Source of the DNA: Tetramitus jugosus
Lineage: Eukaryota > Protista > Heterolobosea
Reading direction: 5' to 3'
Assembly (NCBI GenBank): GCA_937625935.1
Contig: OW569356.1
Coordinates: 1-64,000 of the forward strand
DNA: 64,000 bases
Shown piece by piece: positions 18,014 to 29,800 of this stretch (its first letter is position 1; each line of letters begins with the position of its first letter). Under the pieces are notes generated by a model, which worked only from the letters and a program-made list of their open reading frames with translations, searched no databases and was not told where the DNA came from. Position numbers and translations under genes: made by a program.

Positions 18014-19555
18014 TTAGGCATTTATTACATAGGTTTCCTTCTCTTCTTGCTCGACCCTCGCAAGAGCGACCTTTGCTTCTTTTCTGAAATTAATTCGCAT
18101 CAGGTACATAATTTGTAATACCGTCATAATGACCAATCCTGACGCAATTCCCAACCAAATACCGCGCAATTTGAGCTTGTAGCCAAAAGCAAAGAGAAGT
18201 CCAACGGGAATACCAACGATATAGAACGCGATAAGGTTGGCTATCGCTCCAATATATTGCAATCCCATTCCTCTGAGAACACCTCCTAATGTTGTCTGTA
18301 TTCCATCAAATACTTGATACATAGACACGATTGGAAGTACCGCAGCCGTTATTCTGATAACTGTTTTGTCTTTAGTAAATATTTTACCAACATACTCCCT
18401 CAACAAAAAGAGACATAGTCCATTGACCACAGTGTAAGCAATTGCAAAACTTGCGCATATGTAAACAGCTACCTTTGCTCGGTGTGGTTCATTTAGTCCC
18501 AATTTGGTACCAACACGAACACAAGCAGCAATTCCTATTGAGAATGGAAACATAAATGTAACGAGCATGATAGTCATAATGATGGAATGGCTGGCCAAAA
18601 ACTTGTCACCCAAAAAACCAACAAACAACGCTGTAACTTCAAATCCCCAAATCTGTAAGCACTCCTGAAAGGAACCAGGAACAGCCAGTTTAAGAATTTC
18701 GTACATATCACGCAATCTGATTGTTTCTCGTACATCACTCAGTATTGATCTAGTTGGGACACCTTCCTCTCCTGTTTCGTTTTCTTTTTTTCTCCACTCT
18801 AACCGAATAGTATAGCTCGACAAACTGATGCAAATGATTATTTTTGTCAAAGACGTTGCTAACCCGCTTCCAATAAATCCTAACGCTTGGTACTTAATAC
18901 CTCTCACCAAAAGAATATTTAAGATGATATTGATGATATTTGCCAGCAGTCCATTCAGCATGGGAAATATCACTACACTTTGTGACACTAAATACCGATT
19001 CGCTATGGAAGAGATACAAAATGGATAGAGTCCAATAGCATTCCAGCGAACAAACTTACCGGCCAAGTGAGCAATATGTGGATCCTGACCCAGCAGAATC
19101 AGAATTTGTTCACTGAACAGAAGCAACAATAATATAGGAAAGGCAGTCAATAACACAATAATAGATGATCGATAAAGCACTAACTTTTTCAATCGCTCAT
19201 TGCCCGCTCCCTCAGCCTGACTCACTAATGTTTCCATTGCCGATAACAATCCAACTGGAAAATATTGGAGGCAAATTGTGTAGGCATTGCCCAGGGATGC
19301 AGCAGAGAGATAATCACCTCCTAAATGTCCCACAAACCAGACATCCACCATGCCCAAAGTTGACTCACAAATGGATGTTATCACTAGAGGCCAGAACAGA
19401 CAAAATAACTCCCATAGTTCAGACCGACCATACAACCTGAACAAAGTCAAAAGACTTGGCGGTTTTTGTTTTAATCTTTGTTTGTTCGCCGGCAGCAAGG
19501 AAGAACGCTCTTCTATTCCCGCTTCTGATTCTTCGATTATGTGCTTGGTTGTCAT
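18014..19555 (-). CDS. MATE family efflux transporter
   Basis: About 12 TM segments; VDVWFVGHLG..LSAASLG, METLVSQAEGA, RVGTKLG, FDGIQTTLGGVLRGMG, GIWLG. Confidence 0.96.
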   Translation of the reverse strand: MTTKHIIEESEAGIEERSSLLPANKQRLKQKPPSLLTLFRLYGRSELWELFCLFWPLVITSICESTLGMVDVWFVGHLGGDYLSAASLGNAYTICLQYFPVGLLSAMETLVSQAEGAGNERLKKLVLYRSSIIVLLTAFPILLLLLFSEQILILLGQDPHIAHLAGKFVRWNAIGLYPFCISSIANRYLVSQSVVIFPMLNGLLANIINIILNILLVRGIKYQALGFIGSGLATSLTKIIICISLSSYTIRLEWRKKENETGEEGVPTRSILSDVRETIRLRDMYEILKLAVPGSFQECLQIWGFEVTALFVGFLGDKFLASHSIIMTIMLVTFMFPFSIGIAACVRVGTKLGLNEPHRAKVAVYICASFAIAYTVVNGLCLFLLREYVGKIFTKDKTVIRITAAVLPIVSMYQVFDGIQTTLGGVLRGMGLQYIGAIANLIAFYIVGIPVGLLFAFGYKLKLRGIWLGIASGLVIMTVLQIMYLMRINFRKEAKVALARVEQEEKETYVINA

Positions 19556-19815
19556 ATCTTTGTTGTGGTTCAGAATTCACCCCAGTGGCTGGAGAAGATT
19601 TATTCTGAATGAGCAGCAAAACAACATTCAGAACTCCGGATCTCCTGCTGCAAGATTTTCTCTCCGAGTGCATTTTGTATCCGCACCAAAAATTGAACAT
19701 TCAACAAACATTTTTTCTCCGTCAAGACTCTGCCCGAACTCGCGCGCAAGAAATTGTCAAAAAATAGCTGAAGCATCAAGCAAAAAATCACCGTCACAAA
19801 AAACTACTTAAAGAC

Positions 19816-21873
19816 ATGGATCGCTTACAGTTACTCAAACAGCTCTTTGAAGATGGGTTCATTGGACACGAAGAATTTATCACCAGAAAAACTCAACTGA
19901 TTGATGACTTGACTTTTACTCGTTCCTCTCCTCTCAACAACAACATCAACAGTCATCATGCTGCAACAAACCTAAAAGATGTGAACATCACCACCACGAT
20001 TAACCCTCGATCAACACATGACGCCGATGACCTTCCCTTATCCCCCAAAACACCTGATTTATTGTTCGAGTCATTTTTTCCCGATTCCCCGATAACTACC
20101 TCCTGTGCGGCATCTACGGTTGATCCGTTCCCGCCTCTTCTCTCTCCATCGTCACCCTTTTTTACTGATCTTTTGTGTGCTCCTACGAGTACATGTGCAA
20201 CTACGACAAACACAACAACAGCATCACTAGGTTCATCCACTACTGTTGTTGAGGGTGATAACGATGACTGTGCTGCTTTTTTATTGTACGATGATATTTT
20301 GACATCGGATTGTCAACATCGGACTCAAACGACTGTTGCTTGCCATGACAATGATCATGGTGTGACTGTTGCTGAAAAAACAAGAGACGTTGAAAAGTCA
20401 AAAGACTCTACTGCCAGTAGTACAACTACCACTACCATTGACTCTGCACTCTCTCATGATGACCTCCTTGCTCTATCTCCATCATTGTCACCAATCTCTT
20501 CATCACAAGTCACACCGGGAACTCTGTTTGAAATGTCTGTCGAACAAAAGAAACAAATGATTGAAAAATTGAAGCAGTTAAGTCGTGTTTCTCAAGTCAA
20601 AATTTTGCAATTTTTGCAAATGAAATCACCCTCTCAATTACAAAAGAATGACTCATTGGACGAGTATACATGTGATTTGGGATGTGTTGACAATCAGACA
20701 TGTTTGACCTTGTATCATATGATTACAGAGTTGGAAATGTTGGAGCTCTATCAATCCAATGTACAATACTATCAACAGCAACAGCAACAACAGCAACAAC
20801 AGTACTTTCCATTTTATTCTGCATTTGCAACAATGAATCCCTCCATGGACTTGGCCTCCTCCTATTCCAACAACCTACAACCATGGTACAATCAGAGTCA
20901 ATACTCGAGCAGTATGCCCAACATGATGATGATGAATACTCTCGAAACTCCTCAACCAGAGAACAATAATCAGAGTAAAAAGAAGAGACGGAGAAACGTA
21001 CATGACAAGGATGACGATGATGATGAACAAGAAACTGTAAACAAGAAGCAAAGAATGAATACGAACGGTGATCAACAGAGTGAACAACTACCAAAGAAGA
21101 AGCATGCTTCAGATGAGTGGCCATTGATTGATAGCTGCTCTCATGACCATCAACCAGTTTCTCACTTGGATGCAAGTGATGTGTGCTCATTTATGCTTCC
21201 CACTACAACAATGAACTGTGAACAAGCACTTTGGAAGCCCAGCAAGACTTCTCCATCACAGCAGTTGACCTCAGACACCACCACCCTGTACACAAACCCT
21301 TCATGCAGTGATACAGTTGACTGTGGGTCCTCATTGCATCCACCTGAGAACAATCAAGAAGATCCAGCCAAGAAGAAATTCACCATCACGCTTGAAATTC
21401 ACACCTTTGACAAGGCTGATGACACCAACAAGCCTTACCATTGTGATACATGTGGAAAGCGATTCAAGGATCGATCCAACTTGGCCAAACACATTAGAGT
21501 TCACACCAAGGAAAAGCCATTCACATGTGACATCTGTGGCAACAGTTATGCACATTCTCAAACTTTAAGGGAACACATGTTTGTTCATCGAAAGGATGAA
21601 CATGACAACACTGTCGCAGCCAAGCCGTTCCAATGTACATTCAAATCATGCAACAAGACATTTGCAAATGAAGCAAACCTACGAAGACATATGAGGACAC
21701 ACACCAAGGAACAACCATACGAGTGTCACTTGTGTGAGAGATCCTTTTCACAGAGCGGTAATCTGAAGACACATCTGAAACTGGTGCATCAACTCATTGT
21801 GGACAAAATCACAAAGAAGGAACAAAAGCACAAGCGGATGCTCAGGCTTACCAAGAGCTTGGATATGGAATAA
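19816..21873 (+). CDS. C2H2 zinc-finger transcription factor with N-terminal SHOCT-like and central ET-like domains
   Basis: Four CxxC..H..H fingers with HTKEKP-type linkers; N-terminal RLQLLKQLFEDGFIGHEEF; EMSVEQKKQM...DEYTCDLGCVDNQTCLTL resembles the BET extra-terminal domain. Confidence 0.88.
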   Translation: MDRLQLLKQLFEDGFIGHEEFITRKTQLIDDLTFTRSSPLNNNINSHHAATNLKDVNITTTINPRSTHDADDLPLSPKTPDLLFESFFPDSPITTSCAASTVDPFPPLLSPSSPFFTDLLCAPTSTCATTTNTTTASLGSSTTVVEGDNDDCAAFLLYDDILTSDCQHRTQTTVACHDNDHGVTVAEKTRDVEKSKDSTASSTTTTTIDSALSHDDLLALSPSLSPISSSQVTPGTLFEMSVEQKKQMIEKLKQLSRVSQVKILQFLQMKSPSQLQKNDSLDEYTCDLGCVDNQTCLTLYHMITELEMLELYQSNVQYYQQQQQQQQQQYFPFYSAFATMNPSMDLASSYSNNLQPWYNQSQYSSSMPNMMMMNTLETPQPENNNQSKKKRRRNVHDKDDDDDEQETVNKKQRMNTNGDQQSEQLPKKKHASDEWPLIDSCSHDHQPVSHLDASDVCSFMLPTTTMNCEQALWKPSKTSPSQQLTSDTTTLYTNPSCSDTVDCGSSLHPPENNQEDPAKKKFTITLEIHTFDKADDTNKPYHCDTCGKRFKDRSNLAKHIRVHTKEKPFTCDICGNSYAHSQTLREHMFVHRKDEHDNTVAAKPFQCTFKSCNKTFANEANLRRHMRTHTKEQPYECHLCERSFSQSGNLKTHLKLVHQLIVDKITKKEQKHKRMLRLTKSLDME

Positions 21874-21911
21874 AATACAATCTAATTAATTTATTGTTCG
21901 CTTACAGGTCA

Positions 21912-23639
21912 TTAATGTTGTTGATGTTGGATACCACTGCCGTAAGCAGCAGGGTTGCCGCCATAGTTGACTTGACCGTGAGGCTGTTGTTGATATGGTT
22001 GACCATACTGATTCTGTGAATAGTTTGTTGCAAAGAATTGTTGCTGTTGTTGTTGTGCTTGCTGTTGTTGTGCCTGTGGGTTGACATGGTTGTTGTTCTG
22101 ATGAGTCAATGTCATATTGCCCAATGTTGGTGGTGATGAGACGACATTCATGGTGGCGTTGGTGGATGGAGTTGGGTTCATTGATGATGATGATGATGGC
22201 ACTGGGGAAGAGGAAACAGGTGAAAGAACACGTCTGAATGATGGTGATGTTTGATCTTCTCCTGATCCACTGTTACCTCCATTATTATTATTAACTCCAT
22301 TGTTGACATTGTTGACTGCAGGAGATGCACCTGTTGTTGTTGTTGTGGTAGCATTTAATAAATTATTGTTGTTGTTGTTGTGCTTAGTCAATGGTTGTGC
22401 TTGCTGAGACATGCCACTATTGTTGTTTTTGTTGTTATTGTTGATGTTGATGGAAGATGCGAGATGAATGGATGCATCTGCAAATCCTGTATAGTCACTA
22501 TGCATGGAATGGACGAGAGGCAAGTTGTCATTTGTGTCAAACAAAAAGTCACTTGCAGTATTGTCATTGGTTTGTGGCAAGAAGACTCCACTGTTCTGCA
22601 TCATGTTGTTATTATTATTATTATTATTATTGAACATTGGCTGTTGTTGTTGTTGTTGTTGCTGAGATGGTTGTTGTTGTTGTCTCATCGGCAACATGTT
22701 GCTTTGACCTGCATGAACAACTTGCTGTTGTCTCATGAGCTGCAATTGTTGTAATTGTTGCTGCAGTTGATAGTCAGAAATCATGTTGGGGCTTATGTTT
22801 CCACCACCCATCGTAGCTACACCACCAACACCACCACCATTGATACCACCAGCACCCATCATCATTGAATTTCTCGAGGAAGCAGCTGTAGGGACGTGAA
22901 TGGCGCCAATTTTTTGTTCAATGCGCAAAATCATTTGGTTCAAGAAATTTCTATGGCTCTGAGATAAGCTTCGATCGACATCCATTTGATTTTTCATTTG
23001 GATGACTTGTTGTTGAAGTGAATCAACTCTCTGACTCAACTCATCTATATTACCAGCACCAGCACCACCAGCACCAACAACACCATTATTGTTGAGAACA
23101 CCTGTTGCTGTTGTCAGTTGAGTTGGAGTAGATGATGATGAGGAATGATGATGATGATGTGATGATGATGGTGAGTGATTAAGGTGCATGTTCAATGGTT
23201 GTTGTTGTTGTTGTAATGGGTGCATCTGTTGTGGTGCTTGTTGCTGTGGATGGAATGATGATGATGGTTGTTGTACTTGTACTTGTGGATAAGAAGTTGG
23301 GACAAAATTAGGATGATTGTTGTTCATGAAGCTAGCTCCCATGGCTGTGGTGGGTCCATGATGGTTGTTGTTTTGTTGAACACCAATTGGACTGGAGCTG
23401 TGGTTAAAGTGGGAGGATGTCATCATATTGTTGTTGTTCAACGGTACTTGATTCCCCATGGTGGTTGGAGGGTGATATTGTTGGCCATTATTCATCAAAT
23501 AGGAGGATTGGTTTGGGTTGTTCTGAGGAATGTAGTTGGACATTTTGTTGTTCAGGTGGAAGTTTGTTCTTTGTTTTTCTGATGATGATTTTGGGTCTGC
23601 TGATTTTTCTCGTGTAGAAAAAGTCAGTTTGTTGGTCAT
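21912..23639 (-). CDS. Q/N/H-rich low-complexity protein with a short coiled coil
   Basis: 575-aa ORF dominated by poly-Q/N tracts; IDELSQRVDSLQQQVIQMK coiled coil. Confidence 0.75.
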   Translation of the reverse strand: MTNKLTFSTREKSADPKSSSEKQRTNFHLNNKMSNYIPQNNPNQSSYLMNNGQQYHPPTTMGNQVPLNNNNMMTSSHFNHSSSPIGVQQNNNHHGPTTAMGASFMNNNHPNFVPTSYPQVQVQQPSSSFHPQQQAPQQMHPLQQQQQPLNMHLNHSPSSSHHHHHSSSSSTPTQLTTATGVLNNNGVVGAGGAGAGNIDELSQRVDSLQQQVIQMKNQMDVDRSLSQSHRNFLNQMILRIEQKIGAIHVPTAASSRNSMMMGAGGINGGGVGGVATMGGGNISPNMISDYQLQQQLQQLQLMRQQQVVHAGQSNMLPMRQQQQPSQQQQQQQQPMFNNNNNNNNNMMQNSGVFLPQTNDNTASDFLFDTNDNLPLVHSMHSDYTGFADASIHLASSININNNNKNNNSGMSQQAQPLTKHNNNNNNLLNATTTTTTGASPAVNNVNNGVNNNNGGNSGSGEDQTSPSFRRVLSPVSSSPVPSSSSSMNPTPSTNATMNVVSSPPTLGNMTLTHQNNNHVNPQAQQQQAQQQQQQFFATNYSQNQYGQPYQQQPHGQVNYGGNPAAYGSGIQHQQH

Positions 23640-23899
23640 ATGTCGAATGTGAGGTGGAGAAAATTGTGTGATGTGTTATCAAGAGGATTTCTGCTTCTTT
23701 TTCTGCTCTTCTTTACAGCAGGAAAATTGTAACAAAGTCCTTTTTTGGCCAAACTCAGTGGGTTGTCCTCCTGCAGAAAAAAGAGTCTGAGGATGTCGGC
23801 CAAACCTTCAAAAAACGACAACCACCACAAAACCAGAAAAAAAGAACACATCAGAAAACACAGCGACGTTGCATCACATTGCCTGTACATTAGAAAAAA

Positions 23900-26800
23900 A
23901 TGAGTTATCGAAAGCATATCCAGCACGCAGAGGATTGTGAATATTTTTGTACCTGGTTGTCGTACCATGGATATAGGAACAAAAAGGCTGTGGATGAGAA
24001 TTGGAACGCAAAGGAATTAGAGACGGGCAGAGTTCTCGCTCGAGTTGTCAAAAAATTTGACACGCACAATTTCCATGTCTCTGAAAATTTAGCAAAGGTG
24101 AGTTGACCTATCATAAATTAACTTACATGCAATGCTTATTGATGTCTAACACAATTGAAACGAAAACAGAAAGCCAACTTTGAAGAGTTTTCCAAGTTGT
24201 GTAAGAAACACAAGTTAACTGTTCTGTGGGATCCAAAGAAAGCCTATTATGGTGATAAGGTTGAAATAGATCTGGTATGTAGTTGTTTTGTTCATGTGGT
24301 GTAGGTGGATAGCATGCTGACACATTATGATATAGGTTCTCCAAAATCTCATCGAGTTGTGCCTGTCAACAAAACTAAAAGAAAGCGAGGAAAATTCAGG
24401 TCTTTTGTCGAGAGTGAAGGCAGGAATTGGAAGCGGATTTCGGAAGTTGACTTCTACGGTCAGTACGATATTGGAGTCTGGGGATGAATGGAGTGATATG
24501 ATTGAGCACTTGCAACAATGCCAACAAGGAAGAGCTTTGGATCTGCACATAATTAACAGGGGTATCAAATGTGTGGACGGGAGATTAGATTATTTATTCG
24601 ATGGAACCAAAGGACCATCATCCACTGCTGGAAGGTATTGTTTGGAGCTATGGCAAAGTATCGAAAATATGCCAAGAGGACCACTCATTTGTTACCTCTT
24701 GTTGAAGGCTCAAGTGTATTTAGGTTGTTCAAATAGAAGAGAGGAGTATGATAGTACTTTTTTGACGCTTTTGCAGTGGCTTTGCCACAATCCACGATTG
24801 ATTGCCGAGATTCCATTCACTGATGTCTTTCAGCAGCTTCAAAAGTTAAGAGCGAAGCTGACACCTGAAACAGACTTTATTGTGACAATTATATGCATGA
24901 CGCATGAAACACTAACCACCAACACCAACACGAAAGCCAAAGAGATGTGGTATAATTTTCAATTAGGACGAAGGAGGGTTGACTATCGATTGGTATTCAC
25001 TGAAGTTCCATCTTTTGCAAGGATGCATATTGATATATTTGCTCCAAATATGTTCCCTAAACTGCAAGTCCTTCCTGATCAAGTTCCTGATTTATTTTAT
25101 CAGTTGTCAGCTTTCAGAGAGATTTTATCAGGAGTTAATCTTGAGAACCTTGCAGAGAGACTCGCGACTGACCACATGACAGAAGATAACTTCTCATCAA
25201 GTATTGCTCCCATTTCAGCTCTTTGTGCTCAAAATTATAGTCTAATGGAAAAGTGTGCAAAAAAGATGTTCGAACAGCATTATGCGAAAAAATCGTTTGT
25301 CGAGAGTGTATTTTCAACTTTTTCTGGGTTAGATAGCTCGTTGTGCAGGTCAATAATGGATTGCTATGTTTCTGCATTCAAGGACAACATCCGAAAGATG
25401 AGAGTTGATCAGTTTATGTTTGGATATACATTGTTGCCTGAGAGAAATGTATTGTTGGTGCAAGATTTTATTCAACACACTATTTTGACTTCAAACGAAT
25501 TGAAAGGCGTTGTTGAGAGCTACTTGTGTGTGGATGATTCAATAAGTTCTCCGGACAGAATGAAATCCATTTTGACAACTCTGATCTCAAAAAGCAAAGA
25601 CTACACGGACTCATTTTTGTTCATTCCATTGCATTGCACAGAATATTCCAAGATGTTTGAACCATTCGAGAATATTCTATTAGAGATTAACAACCATTTG
25701 AGGGAATTCTTTAAGCAACATCAAAATGGGTTCAATCAAATGTTTACCAAAATTTGTAGTATCAAGCGAGAAGAGAAAGAGTTTGGGAGATTGTTTTATC
25801 TATTGATCAATAGTTTCTTGGGTGTTTATTTTGAAACACAAATGACTGGAGGATCCTCTCTGCATAATCTCATGAATATCATGGGTATTCTCGAAAAGGT
25901 TCAGAGCAGAAGTTCAGTTCATCTCATCGTGTTCAATTCTGCGCTGATGGCCTGTTCCAAGCACATTAGGAACTTAAGATCTGAACCGTACGTGTATATT
26001 CGAACAGGAAAAGGTATTGCTCCATTCATTTCGACATGGAAGAACACTAAGAGCAACGACAAATCACTGATAGCCCAACAGTACAACAATGCGTTCGAGC
26101 AGTACATAAGGAGTATCTATGCAGAGCTTATTGAAGAGGTAACAATGGATGGTGAGTTACTACAAATTGAGGAGCTATTACAGTTGAGAAAAAATTTACC
26201 ACAAGTAGTAGAGCTCTGCAATGCGATTGGCATTAATTCACGATTCGATGGCCAAGTTAAAGATCTACACAATGAACTACAAGTGGCAGAGCGAACTCAT
26301 AAAGGATTAAGCACCCTACTCAATTGGTTGAGGGAGCATAAGTTTGGAACACTAAGAGAGATTGCTAATTCACCCTTGAAACCAATTGAAAACACAAAAA
26401 CGAGCTTAGGTGACTTAAGAGAAATGATACAAGAGACAGAGCAGAGACTAGCAGCTATTTCTGAAACAAAAGATGATTTACTGTACTTCATTGAGAGAGA
26501 GAGTTTATTGTTCCAAGCAGTTCTGAGGACCAAGTTGTCTAACCGAGAAACAAGTTTGAGAACACTCAATAGTTGTATCAGAGAAACTGTTTCGTTCATA
26601 TCTGCATTGTTTGATAACGATCAAATGACAATCAAAAGTTTGGAGGATGTAAATATTGACAGAGTTATCAGAAACATTAGACAGGCTAAAAGAACATTAG
26701 AGAGCGAGTTGTCTATTATCAAAGAGCGCTTCAGCAAAGGTTCTGTTAAGGTGTTTAACATTGATAAATTTGCTGCAGCTTTGAAGTTAAAAGAGTTGAG

Positions 26801-29800
26801 TACACAACTCACCGCACTTCTCGATGCGCTCACACAGTACAATATGGACTGTCACAAAACGGAGCAGGTGAAATTGATAAAAGAGAAATATGATCGATTA
26901 CAAACCCTTCAGGATACCAAGTTGGGAGACGTGCCAACAATTTTAGAAGAATTTGAAAAATTGCTCTGTGGTATGCACAGTTTCCATATGAAGTATTTTG
27001 AGCAATTATGTCAATCTGATTGCAAGCAACTTGTTGAGTTCCTGAAGAATCAAACGGATTTTGCAAAACAGATGGATATTTTGAGAGGGAAAGCCGGCAA
27101 AGACAAGTTCCAAGAAAATGTGTTGAATGCCCTCCTTGTAGCAAAAACTTATTTAGAACCGTTCCTTAACAAAGACACTTCATTAGCAAGTATTGCTGAA
27201 AAGGTGAACAGTCTTGGAAATGAAGAGGAGATTGACTTTAAACTTGAAGCCATTAAGACATGTGCTTCCAATTTAAGTCACATCAAGCTTTGGCTCTCTA
27301 GATCATCACGTATCTCTATTGAAGATACTTATCAAACCATTGAGCAACTGCAAAAGCTTGGGAAGTGGCGTTCTGCTCTCAACAACTACAAAGATGGCGC
27401 TTTCCTTACTATAGAGTACACACTTCAGGAGAACACTCAAATACTAGCGGAGGATGAGTTGAACGATCTTGTAAGAACCGCCATCTTCCACTCTACAGAT
27501 GTGAAAGGTCAAGAACTCGTCAAGTCAAAAATTACATTCCACAACTTCATTGAGTCTAACAAGTATGCATCCAAAGCCCACTTTCTGCGGTTGGCGTTAG
27601 AATCAGCCGGTCATCCTGACTATCAAGGAACCTTTGAATATCTGGGTGAAAAATTGGACAGCACAACTGTTAAACAGGTTCATGATTCATTGTCTAAGGA
27701 ACTTGACGAATGGGAAAGTTGCATTCAACAGCAATACCAGCAAGAAAGAGCAATCTTGAAGCTTTCCAGAACTCAGTATATTCGATTTCTTGGTTTGGTG
27801 AGAGAAGTTTGCGCTGATGTGACCAATGCTAATAAGGAGATTTTGACCCCATTTTTCAATGCATTGTTTCCAAAAGAGAATATTGATTTATCCAACGAGT
27901 TGGTGGTCGAATTATTCGACGAATTGAAAAGGAATAACGCTCAGAGACTCGACTTTAGTGAGGCTGTCGCTCTCATCCAGTTAGTTCGACAAAGGTTAGG
28001 CATTCAGGAGGGTGAAGATGACAGTGAAGAGAACCATCCTACTATTGTGCTCAAAGCTGAACAACTTGCTCCAGTTGATTTGTTGTGTCACACGCTGGAA
28101 AGAATAGAGATGATCGATAATGATTACACTTCGAATCGTTTTGTCGAGCCTGGACAATTATTATGGTGTTCCGAGACTACATCCATCCAGGAGCTAAGAT
28201 GGTTTGACGAGCGAAGAAAAGCATTCGCTGATGTGAACTATGTAATAATTGGTGTTGACAAGTTGTCCTCTTCTGTTCGAGAAGAACTCATCAAGCTGGA
28301 AGCTGACAAATCAAGAAGTGGCAAAACTCATCTTATATTCAACTCTGTGACCGGTTTGGATGCCTTTTCGTTCCTGGATCAAGAGATTTTGGATTCGTTC
28401 CAACAGAACCAACAGTATCGCACGTGGTTGATGGATAATCTCTCCCAATACGCGAACATAAAGAAGATCTCATGTGTGAATGGGGATGATGCATCAGGAA
28501 AGTCGACTTGGATCCGAAAGAGGATTGTGAGTGAGGGAGGTGACTATGTTCGTATTGTGGCAGCTGAAGACTTTTCAACAAAAGTGTTTTTGAATCGTCT
28601 CAAGTCTGCCCAACAAGGTTCAAAGTTAGGTGTACATCTTGACATATCACAATTTGTTGACCTAGATCAGCTAAATGCGTTCTTCTTCAACATTTTCCTC
28701 CAGGGATTGCTGATTGATTCCGCAACAGGAAGTACAGAACTCCTTCCACAATGTGAAATATCTGTTTACTGTGAATTACCGAATCACAATATCAAAGAGT
28801 TCATCCCTCTACTCTCATTATTGGTACCAAGTTCTACTACTATCAAAAACGTTCCATTTGATGTGACTGAAGAGGATCATGAAGCTAAATTGGTGGCTAC
28901 TTTTATTGCTATCAACGATAACAATCATTGGGAAGTTTATGATGACCTCTCTGGATTGGATGTTCTTCCAGCTGAAGATTGTCAACGAATTATTCGATCA
29001 TTCTTTGAGAATAACGCAATTATTGCTCCTACCATGGTTCACAGAACACTATTTGTTCGTCTAATGTATAGCAGATGCAAATTTTTGATGGAACGAACAC
29101 TCATCCGGCAAGAATTACAGCAAGAATATTATGAACCTATTGATCCATATGAAAACGGTGCAATGTTTGGTGTGTTCTTGTTGGAGTGTCAATATATGGC
29201 AAATGACAAGATTAAGCAGGATTGGAGTCAATTGCCTGTCGCGTTTTCAGCTCGCTCTCTAGAGCATTGTGATTTCTTGTACATGGGTGAATCAGATCCA
29301 ATTGCATACATTCCAGAGAATTCAATTAAACGAGACAGCCTCGCACAGGTTCGAGCTGCCTTGACTTCTGCCCTGGGTCTAGGAGGAAGTTTAATAGCCA
29401 TCATGGAGAAGTTTGGATATTGCTTAACTGTTGATTTTGCTGTCAAGCTTCTCTTGTTGAATGAAAGAAAGAGTGCAAAACTACCGGTGATTCTTCAGGG
29501 GAGTACAGGCACAGGCAAGGTATGTTTTCATTTGTTTCCAACTGTTTTTTACTCTGCTCTTTTCGAGTTCTTTGTGTTCACTCGCGTTATTGGCCCTAAA
29601 AGACTGAATTGTTGAGACTGTATGCCGAGATTCAGAACCAAAAAGCAAAATTGAAACCTGATATTGTCTTTGAAGTTCATTTGAGATGGTTTTTGCAGCA
29701 ATATGTGGCCGGTACAGAATCATTCCAACTCTACAAGAATTGTTATGACAAATATGTGCAAGAGAATGGTGTCAGATCGAACAAAACTCTCGACGAACAA

